Assembly: GCA_951406725.2 (NCBI GenBank)
Contig: OX597815.1
Span: forward strand, 82,584,001 to 82,648,000
Direction: 5' to 3'
Source of the DNA: Octopus vulgaris
Taxonomy: Eukaryota
DNA length: 64,000 nucleotides
This document shows positions 11,670-25,859 of the stretch, piece after piece. A program made the translations under genes and the position numbers. The notes under the pieces were generated by a model. That model saw nothing but the letters and a program-made list of their open reading frames with translations. It ran no database searches and was not told the DNA's origin. Within the stretch, counting starts at the first letter, position 1. Each line of letters begins with the position of its first letter.

Positions 11670-12355
11670 CTGGGTCATCCCATAAATAATGCAGTGTTTA
11701 CAATTGCATGAACTAAAAGTCGGAGGGGGACGGGATAAATTACCTGCATCAACTTGTTATAAAAGCAGGTAGTAATTTTACCTTGCCTTATTCTTAGTGC
11801 AAGTTTTGAAGAGTGCAGTTCAACTTTTACAGTTATTCTTTCAAAGTTATAATTGAAGGGACAAAAGAACATATTCGGCATATTTTGCTTTATAAGTTCA
11901 ATAAAGGCAACAACGCAACGAAAAGCGCGGGGAATAATAATTCAGTATATGGGGATCGGACAATAAACGTAAACCAGAGTCAATAATGGTTCTAGAAATT
12001 CCGAACCGGACACTACAATCTAGAAGACGAGCGTCGTCCTGGAAGATGTGTAGAGTTCGATGAGGACGTCTTGCAAACCCTGGTGGAACAAAATCCCATC
12101 GTAACTGTTGAGGAACTAGCTTAGAAGCTTGGGTTAATCATTCATCGACACCAGCACTAGAAGAAAAACGACCATCTTTAGTTTCAAGACGAAAGGCGTT
12201 CTTCCATCAGTATAATGCTCGGTCATATACAACTAGGATGACATTCCAAAGGCTGGAGCATTTTGAGTGAGACTCGATGCCCCATATTCGCCAGACATTG
12301 CCCCATCTGATTATCATTTTTTCTGCAAACTTCAAATTCATTTGGATGGAAAAAT

Positions 12356-12357
<2 letters not shown>
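11670..12357 (+). pseudogene. Decayed, internally deleted mariner element (5' TIR plus transposase fragments)
   Basis: Starts TA|CTGGGTCATCCCATAAATAATG. Translates to EHIRHILLYKFNKGNNA..VYGD..LEDERRPGR and PYSPDIAPSDYHFF, and ends in a (TA)n tract. Confidence 0.85.
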
Positions 12358-12434
<77 letters not shown>

Positions 12435-12631
12435 GGTGTGAGAGATAATTAATTTAATAAAATGAACAAATTTCACCTAGTAGTATTTCGGTATGGAAAA
12501 GGACCATATTCGGTAAAAACTTATGCAAAAAGTTTCTTTTATATATAAATATTACAATAAGGGTTTGTGGCCAGGCAACTTGTTGGTATACCCTTATTGT
12601 TTTGTATATATATATATATATATATATATAT

Positions 12632-12842
12632 AACGGGAAGCTTTATGAAAATAAATAAAAGACGAAGGCAGGTGGAATACAAACAAACAATTGTATTAGT
12701 ATGGCGCTCAGGAATATAAATAAAACAAGTCTTTTACGTTTCGAGCCTACGCTCTTCAACAGAAAGATACACGGAAAAGAAACACGGAGAGAAACAAGGA
12801 GAGAAAAATAAATGCGTGCAGAAGCTAGCGAATCAACATGAC
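12632..12842 (-). mobile_element. Solo Penelope-like pLTR fragment in (TA)n with a hammerhead-like motif (12730-12767)
   Basis: The minus strand reads TCTTT-CTGTTGA-A-GAGC-GTAG-GCTC-GAAAC-GTA-AAAGA. It shares GGCGCTCAGGAA and overall layout with 3467-3750. Confidence 0.7.
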
Positions 12843-13294
12843 ATATATATTACACACACACACATATATATATATATGTATACAAGATTTCAGGATATAA
12901 GTGATTGAGGTACTTAAATAGTTAACTGGTGAAGCACAGGATCGAGTTAAATATAAGGAATCATGTGTTATGAAAGCATAGAAACAAATAACAACATACC
13001 GAAGTACAGACGGGTTATTATTACGGTTGTATGCATAATTAACCGCTGCCAGCCGAGTTTATTATGTGCATCAAGCATCAATGTTGTATTTAGGAAAACA
13101 CACACACATACACACAGAAAGGGAGGGAGAGAGATATAGAGAAAGTAGGAGTCCCTTACAGCTGCTTCTTGAATAGCCATTTTCGGATTCATTTCAAGTC
13201 GGAGTTTTAGTGGTAAACCAACCTGAACTCTCATAGTACATGCCTATTACATTACATCAGTTGATGAAAACTACTAGTATATTATTGATTTATT

Positions 13295-13620
13295 TTGGAC
13301 TGTGGCCATGCTGGAGCAGCGCCTTGAAGAATTGAAGAAACAGATCGATCCCAGTACTCATTTCTCTTTAAGCCTGGTACTTATTCGATCAAGTGCTTTT
13401 GACGTACCGCTAGATTTCGGAGACGTAAATACCTTAGCACTGGTTGTCAAGCGATAGCGGTATAGACAAACTCAGTTTCCGTCTCCCAAATTCATCCACA
13501 AGGCTTTGGTTAACTCGAGGCTATAGACGAAGACATTTGCCCAAGGTACCACGCAGTGGACTGAACTCGGGAACAAGAGGTTGGAAAGAAAGCTTCTTAC
13601 CCCACAGCCACGCCTATGCC
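13295..13620 (-). mobile_element. SINE family A copy
   Basis: Reverse complement of the head (TTGCCCAAGGTACCACGCAGTGGACTGAAC) and tail (GGCCATGCTGGAGCA) of 58743-59160. Confidence 0.8.
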
Positions 13621-14197
13621 TGTTATATACTTAATTTTATAAATCAGTTCTTTTATTTGTAATCAGCTGAGATTGTGCGGGTATTACAAGCGTATCTATG
13701 CCACAGCTGCAAGATATTTAGTGTGTACAGTGTGCTTGGCTCTAAATCAGCGAGCTGGCAATTGTGAAACATAGAATTTAAAGTTGTTTCTACGTAGCCA
13801 ACTTACAAATTCCCAAGAGTGTTTCAAGGTTTTTAAGAACATGTTATTTCTCACGTAGCTCTATTTGAAGTCAGTTAAGAAAGTTAAAAAAATTTTCCCA
13901 TATCTCTTAGGACTCTCAGGTAATATCAAATCTGTTATGCAACTGAAATCGTTTGAAAATGTTGTCTTCATATCTTATGCATATTATACACCTCCTGAAA
14001 CATATATACCTAATAATTGTTTCTATAGGAAATGGAACATGACAGTATCAGCTATGATGCTTTTCATTTGGAAATAAAGGGGTCTGCGTGATATTAGGTT
14101 ATTACTAAAAACATATCCCTCACACTCGCTTATAGAAAGTTGATTCAATTATCTAAGTCAGATATCAATATTATACAAACACATGTTACATACATAG

Positions 14198-14254
<57 letters not shown>

Positions 14255-14799
14255 CGTACGGTGTATATTGTGTTTCTAGATATATATGCATGCATGCGAA
14301 AACACGTTGGCTAGTGTTAGTTCCACGTTCAATAGGCCGCAGTGTTGATCCTTGGAACGGGCGCATTGTGCCCTTTGCAGAAAGCGGAATACTTAATGCT
14401 GCTGCATTCTGTTGAGCTAAAAGTGAATACCAACCGAGAAATTCTGATACCTTCTCTTACAATCTGTCTTTCATATCCTCACCGTTCTGCTCCGCTAGGG
14501 TGGCTACGTTTACTTGCAATCGCATACGCACCTAAGTCAATTAGCGAAAACATGATGCGAACTGCCAGGTCATACTGTCTTGCGAGTGATGGTTATGGAT
14601 GTGGTATTTGTTTGCGCACATCGTGTTGCGTAGGTGTGTGCATAATTTATGTGTATGCAGGCATATGTGCGCGCGTGTAGTGCGCATATAGATTGAGCGA
14701 CAGCTAGCAGCCGGTTTTCACGAAGAGGAGGCTTTCAAAGTTTCACTTAATTTTTTTTTTACGTCTCCATCCTCTTCACATAACCTTCCTTTGAATAGT

Positions 14800-14848
<49 letters not shown>

Positions 14849-15159
14849 GTCTTAGTTACCCTTGTATCTCCATTAGTTACTTCCCACCCGCTCTTTCTCT
14901 TTATACTTGCATACATATATATGTGTGCGCACGATCGTGTGTGTGCATGTGTGTGTGTGTGTGTGTGTGTCCCCCACACAATCTCTCGTAACTTGTTGGT
15001 AATCTTTTCTTGCACCCCTGCTCACCCTTCCATAAATGCGGATGGCAGCTGACTTGACCTAAATCCTATCTCTTCAAACCACATCAACGACGTTATCAAC
15101 ATCACACCACCAACACCTGTACCAAACATCAGCGCTGTTCCATCCAACAATGCCATAAA

Positions 15160-15183
15160 CTGTCATCATCATCATCATCACAC

Positions 15184-15215
<32 letters not shown>

Positions 15216-15372
15216 TCAACCATCATCGTCATAACTGCGCCACCACCACCATCGCCATAACCACCATCACCACCAACACCGCCATCACCATCGCCATCAC
15301 CACCACCACCACCAACACCGCCATCACCATCATCATATCACCGCCACGACCACGACCTCGACCACCACCACC

Positions 15373-15419
<47 letters not shown>

Positions 15420-15626
15420 ACAACAACGACGACGACAACGACAAAATCACCAACACCACAACAGCAGCAGCAACAACAACAGCGCCATCACCTCCATCAC
15501 CACTTTATGAAAAAAAACCTTGAGCTGCAAAATCTGCACTACCAGTTCCACCATCACTATTACTGCTAGAATTCCATGTAGCTGTCGCAGTAGCCCCAAA
15601 CAGACGTGATCAGCACCCCCATCACT

Positions 15627-15661
<35 letters not shown>

Positions 15662-15665
15662 CACC
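15160..15665. repeat. Compound trinucleotide repeat tract (CAT/CAC/CAA/CAG)n
   Basis: Directly visible. No flanking coding context. Confidence 0.9.
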
Positions 15666-16881
15666 AGCACACCTAAATGTTATCTCCAAGAGCACTAGTA
15701 CTACCCGTTCCTTCGATTCTTTCACTATCAACTGCTATTTCTCTGTTTCACCCTGCAGATCACTCTGATCCGTAAAATAACTCCTATTGCCACAACGACA
15801 ACCGCCATACCATCGCAACCATTTACACCACCACTGGAAACAACCAAACTATATGTAAACGTATGGCCTCTACGTAATCAGCTTGAATTGTAGACATATC
15901 AATCAGCCAACGTCAGTCAAATAACACCTTACTGCTTCAAAATATGTAGTCCTAGATATACAAAAGGATCGAAATCCTATGGTTAGGATCTCAAGACTGA
16001 GGCGAGGTTTATCATCAAGAACAACAACAAAAACAACAGTAAGCGTTATGCTCTACAGTCGCCTTTTAATTTCTCGGTGTGTCACAAAGAGCATCAACAC
16101 TGCCATCGACACCATCGAATTGAATACTTACATCTCCACCACAAAAACTACATTCGAAACTACGGTTCTTCCTGCTGCATTTTCATTAAAAATAAACTCT
16201 GTCGGCTTAAAAAGAGAAGACACGTTTGACAATGTTGGTATCTTATTTAGTAAGTTAGGAGCGGTGGGTCCATTACCTTTTATATATTCCAAAGATTGAG
16301 AAACAAAGCGAGAGGAGGCAGGAACAAAAGAAAAATTATACTAAACAATATACTCCTAGGTATACTGTGCCTGAAGAAATGATATATATTCATAATAATA
16401 ATGCATTTGAAAAAAGAGACTTGGCTTAGATGACTGCAGTGAAGTAAACACAGCAAGCGACACCCAAAGACCGACTGACTGTTAAACGATGAGATGCACG
16501 AAGGCTAATACAAGAAACACAGAACGCAAGGCGGAAAAGTAATGCTGTATAGCAATTTGTCTGATACTTTAATTTTTTCTGCAATTCCACCGTCTTGGAC
16601 AAGTTCTGTATTTTATGGAACCCGAAAGGAAGCAAGTTGGTATCAGTGGAATTTGGACCAGGAATGCAGGAAACCAAAATAAATACCGCTATAGATTTTA
16701 TCCTAGCCACTAACGACACCTTCGTTTCTCTGTTTAGTTTAGGTAATAAGAGAAAGTTGGAATGGGTACGACTGGAAAAAAAACATTATTTACAGGTCTG
16801 CTAAATCTGGACTTGCCTGGGGCTAAACGTGTGTGTACGTCTTTGGTTGTGTGAGTGTGTGCTTGTGTGTGTGTGTGTGTT

Positions 16882-16921
<40 letters not shown>

Positions 16922-18931
16922 TGTGTGTGTGTGTGTGTTTGGTAATACCGTAAAAAATATTTGGCTTTAGTGACTCCACGGTGGCACCTTTTTCGACTTT
17001 GCCTTAATTTTGGGCACGATATTCGGACGAGATCTTAGAGCATGCCTGTCAGCTTGCACCTTATTCCACTGCATGCAAACCACACAACTTTCTACTTCTG
17101 TGGCTCAGCTTCTTTCGAATTGGCTGAACTGAAGTTACAAAGTAACAAAAACAAATCATGATCGTCAGCATCAATAACGTCACATGTAACGGGAATGAAT
17201 ACCTTTGTATGATCACTCAACCTGTTAGAAATAGAAGCCAAATATTTTACGAATTCTATCCAACCGTGTTTGAAAAGAAGGCTTTATCGAATAATCCAGT
17301 TCTTAATATTCTGATCATAAACAAAAGACAGGAATGACACAACTACGATGCCTTTGATGATAGATCTGATTAATCAGAGTTCACCTGGGCATCAGCCGAT
17401 CATAATGTTTGTTCATGATGCAACAGCTTAAGCATCAATGCTATTCTCGCCAGTAACTACACCCCAGAACAAAAAAAAAAAGAAAGGAAAAAACTGAAAG
17501 AAGGAAACTCTATCACTTGTCTGCCTTATAATGAATTCGACAAATCAAGCATCGCAGCGTCCGTAAATTGTGCTAGCCGACTAGTGAGATGAATGCGGTT
17601 TTCATGTCCGGTTTCATTTTCTACATATAGGAAATGAATTCCAGAAGAGTTGTGTACCTGGAAGAAATATGACGTACAATTTGTTTCTGGAAGTTTATAA
17701 TCTTTGATTTAAGTATTTCCATGGAACTGGATTAGTCAATAGAAAGCCAACGCCCACCACCTCTCAACCCTTTCGATAAATTAGCCAGTCTTATTGATTG
17801 TCATTCATTCAACCCACAATTGAAACGATGGCCATTAGATGCAGGTTCTAATTGTTTTAGCAATGACATGTATCTGAGGTTGGTGTGTAACAGTAAATTG
17901 CTCTTTAAATGTATCTTGCCCAGATACATCGTTAACATTGAGCTAATTTTCTCTGAGATAATGACAGATTCCATGATGATGCCTTTGATATTCTCTCTCT
18001 CACACACTCTCTCTCTCTCTCCCTCTCTCCGTTTCTCTCTTTCACTCTCAATCTCTCTCTCCCTCCTCTCCACCTCTCTCTTTCTCGAGCTGTATATGAA
18101 TATGTGTGTATGTATGAGACTTATAAAGGAAAAATACAGTGGACAGAGAAGTCTGATACACACACACACAAACACACACACACACACGCACACATACACA
18201 CACATATATATATATATATAAAGAAAAAAGTAAATACAAGGACAAAATGTTCATTGCTAACATACTTTTGAATGTAGATTTGCATAATAAAGGTTGGTCG
18301 GTAGGAGGGCCATGTAAGGACAACACAACTATGTATGTCTATCTATATGGCTATATGTACATTCTGTTTATATGTGTCTTCTTCGCTCCTATGTATTGCT
18401 GTATGTGACATTGCTTGTATGTAAACCTGTATGCTTGTATTGTTAGTGCTTGCCATATATTAGTCTATGTCAGTCCGTGATTTTACGTGAGTGTGTTCGT
18501 TTCAATGACTGCATTTGTCATGCGTGTAAGATATATGTGTGTATATTTGTTTTTCTATGTTTGTCTCAAGGTGTTTGCACGACATAGTATATGAGTGGCA
18601 GAAAGGCAAGATGAACATATAAAATATGATACAATATACAAGCCATATAGGGGATTAATCTATCTCCAGCGACATTCTGCGCTCAAATCTTACCAAAACT
18701 GACTTTGACATTTTTCCATCTTGGTATTGGTGATGTAGACATCACAAATATATTGCAATTCTTTAAATGTTATTTTCCCCTCTACTATAAGAGTGCTTAT
18801 TTATCAACGTGAGAAGCCCAAGAAGTCGGATTTTGAAGATTTTTCATAGTTTTATAGAAAACGTTTTAGAAGTAACTATTTTTGTAAAAATACCATTTAA
18901 AATGGCAACTAAGCTGCAAATAGATATTCAT

Positions 18932-19010
<79 letters not shown>

Positions 19011-19299
19011 CAGGTAATCTGCATGCACTCAATTACTGATTTCACCCCGCTACATGCACATATATACAGATAGACAAAGAAAAAGGAAGAGACGGAGAGA
19101 GAGAGAGAGAGGGGGGAGGCTTACCAATGGCGTCATGGTGATTAGCACAACATCATAGTAACTTATTTTGGGCTGTATAGTTTAATATTAAATATTTTGG
19201 GATTCAAATATGGCATATTAATACGTACATAAATACATAAATACACACATACATATCTAACAATGATACCTGTGACAAAACACGTGTCACTAAAGAATA

Positions 19300-20856
19300 T
19301 TACAGCCGAATAAAGTTAATTTGAACCTTAGAACTCTCTGCATTCAATAAAACAGTGGTCCACAATGTGTTTGCAGTGCCAGTACTCATACCAACATTTA
19401 AGATGCTTGATTGGACGCTTGATGAGATCCGAGCCATTGATGTGAAAACCCGAAAATTACTAACAAGCACACATAATTTCCACATAAACAGTGACGTAGG
19501 ACGCCTCTAGCTAAAACGAAAACGAGGCGGTAGAAGCTTAACATCAATCCAAAATGCCTTTGAATGTCGTATCATATCCCTTCGGCAACATCTTTTTACC
19601 ACCAAGTGTCGAAGTGTATCTCTTGGCCAAGTCTGCATACAGGAGGTTGATAACATTATATGACTTGGCACTTGGCAGGCAGCTCCTTGACCAACATGTA
19701 CTGATAACCTCCAGTAACATGTCCAAAGAAGTCGCACCACTCTACCACATGGTATCATCAGATAAAAGGATGAACTTATATGAGCAGCAGACTATGCATG
19801 GATATCTTAGTAGAAAACTCCGAGATAATAGTAACATGGATCCCTAAAGCAGTCTGTCATGGATCAATAACCGGATTACAACCTCCCACTTAGAATGGTA
19901 TGCGTTTGCAATTCAGAAACATTAGATATCAACCAACTACTTGATGCACAAAAAGGATAAAGATGCGGGAAAAGCAGTAAAATGTGACAACCGATGCAAA
20001 CTTTGTAGAGATAGCACCGAAGATATCCCCACATCATAAGCAGTTCTCCGAAAATGTTATCTACCAATGAGACATGATGTTGTAGCTAGGGCACTCTATA
20101 ATGAAATCCGTCGAAAGCGTAACCCCGAGGACATAACTACGAGTAATAAAAAGGAGTACTAGTGGAATGTCCAGTGAAAACCTCAATAAAATGTAAGGAC
20201 AATAGACCTTATATGATGATTTGAGATAGAGAAGAGAAACTGTGTATAGTTGTGGAAATATATACTTACAAGGCCCAGCAGATGTTAACATAAAATTGAA
20301 GAACAGTGAAAAAGAGAATACTTACGCTGAACTATTGATAAAACTGTAGTTAATCTTTCCAGATTATACCTGTAATTATTGGGACCCTGGGATATCTAAC
20401 ACACTGCCTAAATACCAACCTAAATACCAAATTAAGCTTCTCAAGACAAGAGAGGGAAAAATTAAACCGAAGGCTACAGATCCAATCCATCACTGAAAAT
20501 GTAAAAATCTATAAAACTTTCCAGAAGTTTACCATTTAAATATATATGAGTATATCTAGATATGTAACTATATGCAAGAGAATGCATATATAAAACAAAG
20601 CATACAAATCTGCACATATACATACATAGATAGATATATATGTTGACACATACATACAGGCATGCATACATACATACATACATACATACATACATACATA
20701 CATACATACATACATACATACATACATACATACATACATACATACATACATACATACCCTGTTGTTGATATTGAAATTCCAATGAAGGAAACTTGGATCT
20801 AGGTTAAAAGCCGGGTTCTTCTCTATTGGCAAGAAATCTTGAAATAAAACTGAACA
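19300..20856 (+). pseudogene. Decayed R4/Dong-type (RLE-clade) non-LTR retrotransposon, 3' half
   Basis: Translation gives ELSAFNKTVVHNVFAVPVLIPTFKMLDWTLDEIRAIDVKTRKLLT..FHINSDVGRL*LKRKRGGRSL, then MHGY, a CxxC..EDIPHIISS..RHDVVAR Zn knuckle and a PD-(D/E)xK-like region, with many stops and frameshifts. The probable 3' UTR is split by (TACA)n. Confidence 0.85.
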
Positions 20857-20967
20857 ATGTCATACATACTTACATCCATATAAACACATATGTCTGTGTG
20901 TGTGTGTGTATGTGTGTGTGTGAGTGTGCGAGTGTTAGTATGTGTGTGTATGTTCATTTGTTATTTT

Positions 20968-21150
20968 ATTCTTTCAATTGTTTAAGTCATTTGACTGCAG
21001 CCATGTCCAAGCAGCGCCTTTGAAGGGCTTTAGTCAAACAAATCGACTGTAGGACTTCCTGTTGCTGAACCGCTATGATCCGGTGACATAAACACATTAA
21101 CACCGGTTGTCAAGCGGTAATGGGGTGAGGACAAATGCAGACACAAAAAC
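20968..21150 (-). mobile_element. SINE family A tail fragment
   Basis: GTCATTTGACTGCAGCCATG..GACATAAACAC..CCGGTTGTCAAGCG matches the family A tail. Confidence 0.7.
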
Positions 21151-21194
21151 ATATACACACACTCATACACACACGCATACATACATACATACAT

Positions 21195-21225
<31 letters not shown>

Positions 21226-21316
21226 TACACACACACACACGCATGCATGCATGCATGCATGCATACATACATACATGCATGCATGCATGCATACATACAT
21301 ACATACATAAATACAT

Positions 21317-21347
<31 letters not shown>

Positions 21348-21539
21348 TACACACACACACACGCATGCATGCATACATACATACATGCATGCATGCATGC
21401 ATGCATGCATACATACATACATACATACATACATACATACATACATACATACATACATACATACATACATACATACATACATACATACATACATACATAC
21501 ATACATACATACATACATACATACATACATACATACATG

Positions 21540-21708
21540 AAACAGCACTCCGTCGGTTAATACGGTAAGGGTCCCAGGTGATACGAACAACGGAACGGTT
21601 TGTTCGTGAAATTAACGTGTGTTACTAAAGGACACAATGCGTCGCCGGAATTGAACTCACGACCCTACGATCCTGAGCCGAATGCCCTAACCACTAAGCC
21701 ACGCGCCT
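21540..21708 (-). mobile_element. tRNA-derived SINE head, family B
   Basis: The minus strand reads GGCGCGTGGCTTAGTGGTTAGGGCATTCGGCTCAGGATCGTAGGGTCGTGAGTTCAATTCC, with Pol III A and B boxes followed by a non-tRNA body. Confidence 0.75.
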
Positions 21709-21745
21709 TCTATACATAAATACATGCATACATATACATATGTAT

Positions 21746-21809
<64 letters not shown>

Positions 21810-21839
21810 GTATCGGTACATATGTGTATATATATTCTC

Positions 21840-22117
21840 TTTCTCTCTTTTACTTTTTTACTTGTTTCAGTCAGTTGACAGCGGCCATGCTGGAGCACCG
21901 CATTTAGTCGAGCAACTCGACCTCGGGACTTATTCTTTGTAAGCCCAGTACTTATTCTATCGGTCTCTTTTGACGAAACGCTAGTGACGGGGACATAAAC
22001 ACACCAGCATCGGTTGTCAAGCAATGCTAAGGGGTCAAACACAGACACACAAACATACACGCACACACATACATATATATATATATATACATATATACGA
22101 CGGGCTTCTTTCAGTTT
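21840..22117 (-). mobile_element. SINE family A, 3' two-thirds
   Basis: Reverse complement similarity to 58885-59160. Confidence 0.85.
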
Positions 22118-25100
22118 GTATGTATGTATGTATGTATGTATGTATGGATGGATGTATGTATGTATTTATGTATGTATGTATGTATGTATGTATGTATCTC
22201 AGTATGGATGTATGCATGTATGTATGTATGCATGCATACATTCATGCATACATACATACATGCATGCATGCATACATTCATGCATACATACATGCATGCA
22301 TGCATACATTCGTGCATACATGCATGCATACATGTATGTATGTATGTATGTATGTATGTAGGTCTCCGTACGCATATATGCGCGTATATGCAAGCATATT
22401 ATGAATATATATGTATAAGTGCATATAGCTTTATGTATGTGCGTATGTGTACCTTCCTAAGTAAGTGTGTATTTTTGTAGTTGTCTATAGGGAGAGTTGT
22501 CAGAGATGATTATAACAAATACTGTTTGAAAATTTCTCCCTTTGTCAACATTTACTTCAAGCTGTGCACATCTGCAAATATGAGCTGACATTGTTGACTG
22601 ACGAGTACATAAGAATGCTACCCGTAATGTGCAGTGTTTTGTCGTTGAGTGCACTGTACGATGTAAATAATATATGAACTTTGTGGTGTGTGTGTGTGTG
22701 TGTGTGTATGTGTGCGTGTTTGTGTGTATGTGTGAGAGCATGTATGCACATCTGTTAGTATGTGTTTCCTCACACTGTGGCAAATTTTATGTAACTTTAT
22801 GCGTATATGGGCACATGTTCGACTTAATGTGTATATATATAAATGTATGTATATATATATAAATATATATATATATCTATATATATATATATATATATAT
22901 ATATCTACGTATCTATATCTGTAGCTATCTATATATATACATACATACACACACATATGTATATGTATACATGTACAAACACACACACGTGTGTCTAATT
23001 GTATGTGTGTGTGTGTGTGTACGTGTGAATGTACATAATATATATATGTTTATAAAATATGATGAAATCTATTGCATAGGCATAGCAGAGTTTGTATTCG
23101 TTAGATATTTCAACAAAATAGATTATTTGTTGTAACGTTATCATACGTTAACGATTTGTAAACATTAGGATATGTTCTGGTGAGAAGTAATCAAAGCCAG
23201 AACATTAACTTTGCATCAGATACTGCAACATCAATATTCTTTCACTTACTACAGGTTTGTTATTATGAGTCCTATAACCAATAGGGTTGTACTGGTGGTT
23301 TTCCAGTATTAGAACTGTATTGATTCTGGAAATTACATACTCCAAACCTCCTCATAATCAAAAGTATTTCAGAACTCAGTCATCGCTGTTACACTTCTAC
23401 AACGTGCCACTTAGAACATGTTGGCTTCTGCCATTGCCTGAAATCTACCAAGTCTTCATGAATATGATTTGATGGGAAAAACAGTGTGTAGACAGATTGT
23501 TTATGCCTTGCGTTAAACACTTAATCTTCAGTTGTTTTGTCTACTGATTTACCTGCTCATGAAAAGAGCGTGAAGGTGGCTGAGCATCCTACAGATACAT
23601 GTACATTATTGTAATTCTCAGACAGAATCACGTACCAAAGCATGTGTCAAAGCCGTAGCTTGAAGCACTATAAAAATTCCCCCAACGTGCTTCCACCGTT
23701 TTCGTCTAACGAATTTCACTGCTGCTAATTCATGCACTATTACGTAGAATTAGTTTATTCTGGCTGAACATGCAGATATTCTAAATTCCTTATAAGCTAC
23801 TATTCTCTACCTAACTAGCAGTGAGTAAGCGATCTCTCACGAGGCTTTAACAAAAGATGAAACTAATTATATCGATATCGATTTCTAGCTACAAAGATAG
23901 ATGCAGAAAAATTAGGGTTTAGTCATGGTGCCTAATTTATCATAACATAGCATAGTTAAATATATGTTTACAGAAAACACAAGCCCGTAAGTTTACCTTA
24001 TATTTCTACATAGAAATGTAAACCCCAACACAAATACAGAATGCAGTCATATCTGTGTAAATATTGCGCGTTGTATATTAAAATCAAATAATTGAATAGC
24101 TAAAGTGCACAATATATTAAAATGAGAGTTACGTAAATATGTGTGAAGTTATATACTTAAAAATCCTGCGGTACACAGTATTCTGTATCCGGAAATGTTA
24201 AATGTATGTTAAAGCTATTATAAAATTTACACCTAAAGTTTGACGAGCTTCCCGCGATGTTTGATGGAGAAAAAAATTGATTGAAATGCACAACGTCATC
24301 ATGTTTTGCAGTTCGATTTACCAAGTAATTCGTAAAAATGTGCAACTCTACATCGGTGCACAAATATAAGGACACATGATTACTGACTTATATACCTACA
24401 ACTAGACACACACACGCACGCACACACACACATACACACACACATACACACACACACAACACACAAACACACACACACACAACGCACAAACACACAAACG
24501 CACACGTGTATATGTGCTTATATATGTACATAAATGTATGTATATATGAGTGTGTATATAAATGTGCGTATGCATGTATGTATATATATGTGTGAGTGTG
24601 CGTGTGTGCATACGTGTTTGTGTGTATATGTATATAAGGTAGATATGTAGTTAGATATATAGATATGCAAATGCACGTACGGGAAGAAATATAGAAACGT
24701 AGGTATATGTATATATGATATATAATGAATATATATATATATTCATTATATATTTACATACATATGTAAATTTGCATACACATACACACACACACGCACA
24801 TATATATATATATACATATCTATGTATATATATAAGGGTTTGTGTGGGGGTTTTGTAAAATATATATGTTTATATATATATGTATGTGTGTGTGTTGTAA
24901 TATTTGATTCTTATCCGCAATTCGATGATAAAAGTTATTATCTTCAGTGCATGTGTGTAAGTGCACGCACGCGTGTGTGTTTGCGTGTGTGTCTGTTTCC
25001 ATTCGCATGCATGAACACCCTCATGGTCTCATATAAACGGGCATGTGTGACTGTACGCATGTATGTCTTTCAACGTAATATCTTACATCCTGATAGATAG

Positions 25101-25301
25101 CAGGTAATATTGCATTCCCAATATGCAGTGCAGATTAAATTTTGTTTCATGACATATTTATCTGCATATATCATACTGCAATATTGCAAATTTAATTACA
25201 TTTCTCGCTCTCAGTCACACATACTCTCTCTCTCCCTCTGTTACAGATGCACACGCATACACAGTCATATCCATCCATATGTATACATATGTTTAGTAAA
25301 C

Positions 25302-25448
<147 letters not shown>

Positions 25449-25580
25449 AAGATACATACAAACATATGCACATACATATATACATATATGTATGTATATA
25501 TACTGATATACAAACATACATACAGACGTACACTTAAAAATGTATACACACATACATATAAACAGATATGTGTATAATTT

Positions 25581-25620
<40 letters not shown>

Positions 25621-25859
25621 CTCATAAATATATGTATATACATATTTACATATATAAATATGTGAATATATGCTGTGTGCGTGTATTTGTGTGTGTATAT
25701 ATATATATATATATACATGAACTCCCGTAAAGACACAGACAGACAGATGATCAGACAGACAGATACATACACACATTCACACACATGGCAGTGAGTTAGT
25801 GGAGTAGTTAAAGCGTCAGAATGTCTTGTAGTATTCTCTTTGCCTGCAAAGCTTTGAGA

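Noticed and set aside
14300-14350. Possible pre-miRNA hairpin
   Set aside because: The stem is short and bulged and does not match any miRNA family I recall.
21630-21708. tRNA gene
   Set aside because: It has A and B boxes but no complete acceptor stem, and it continues into a SINE body.
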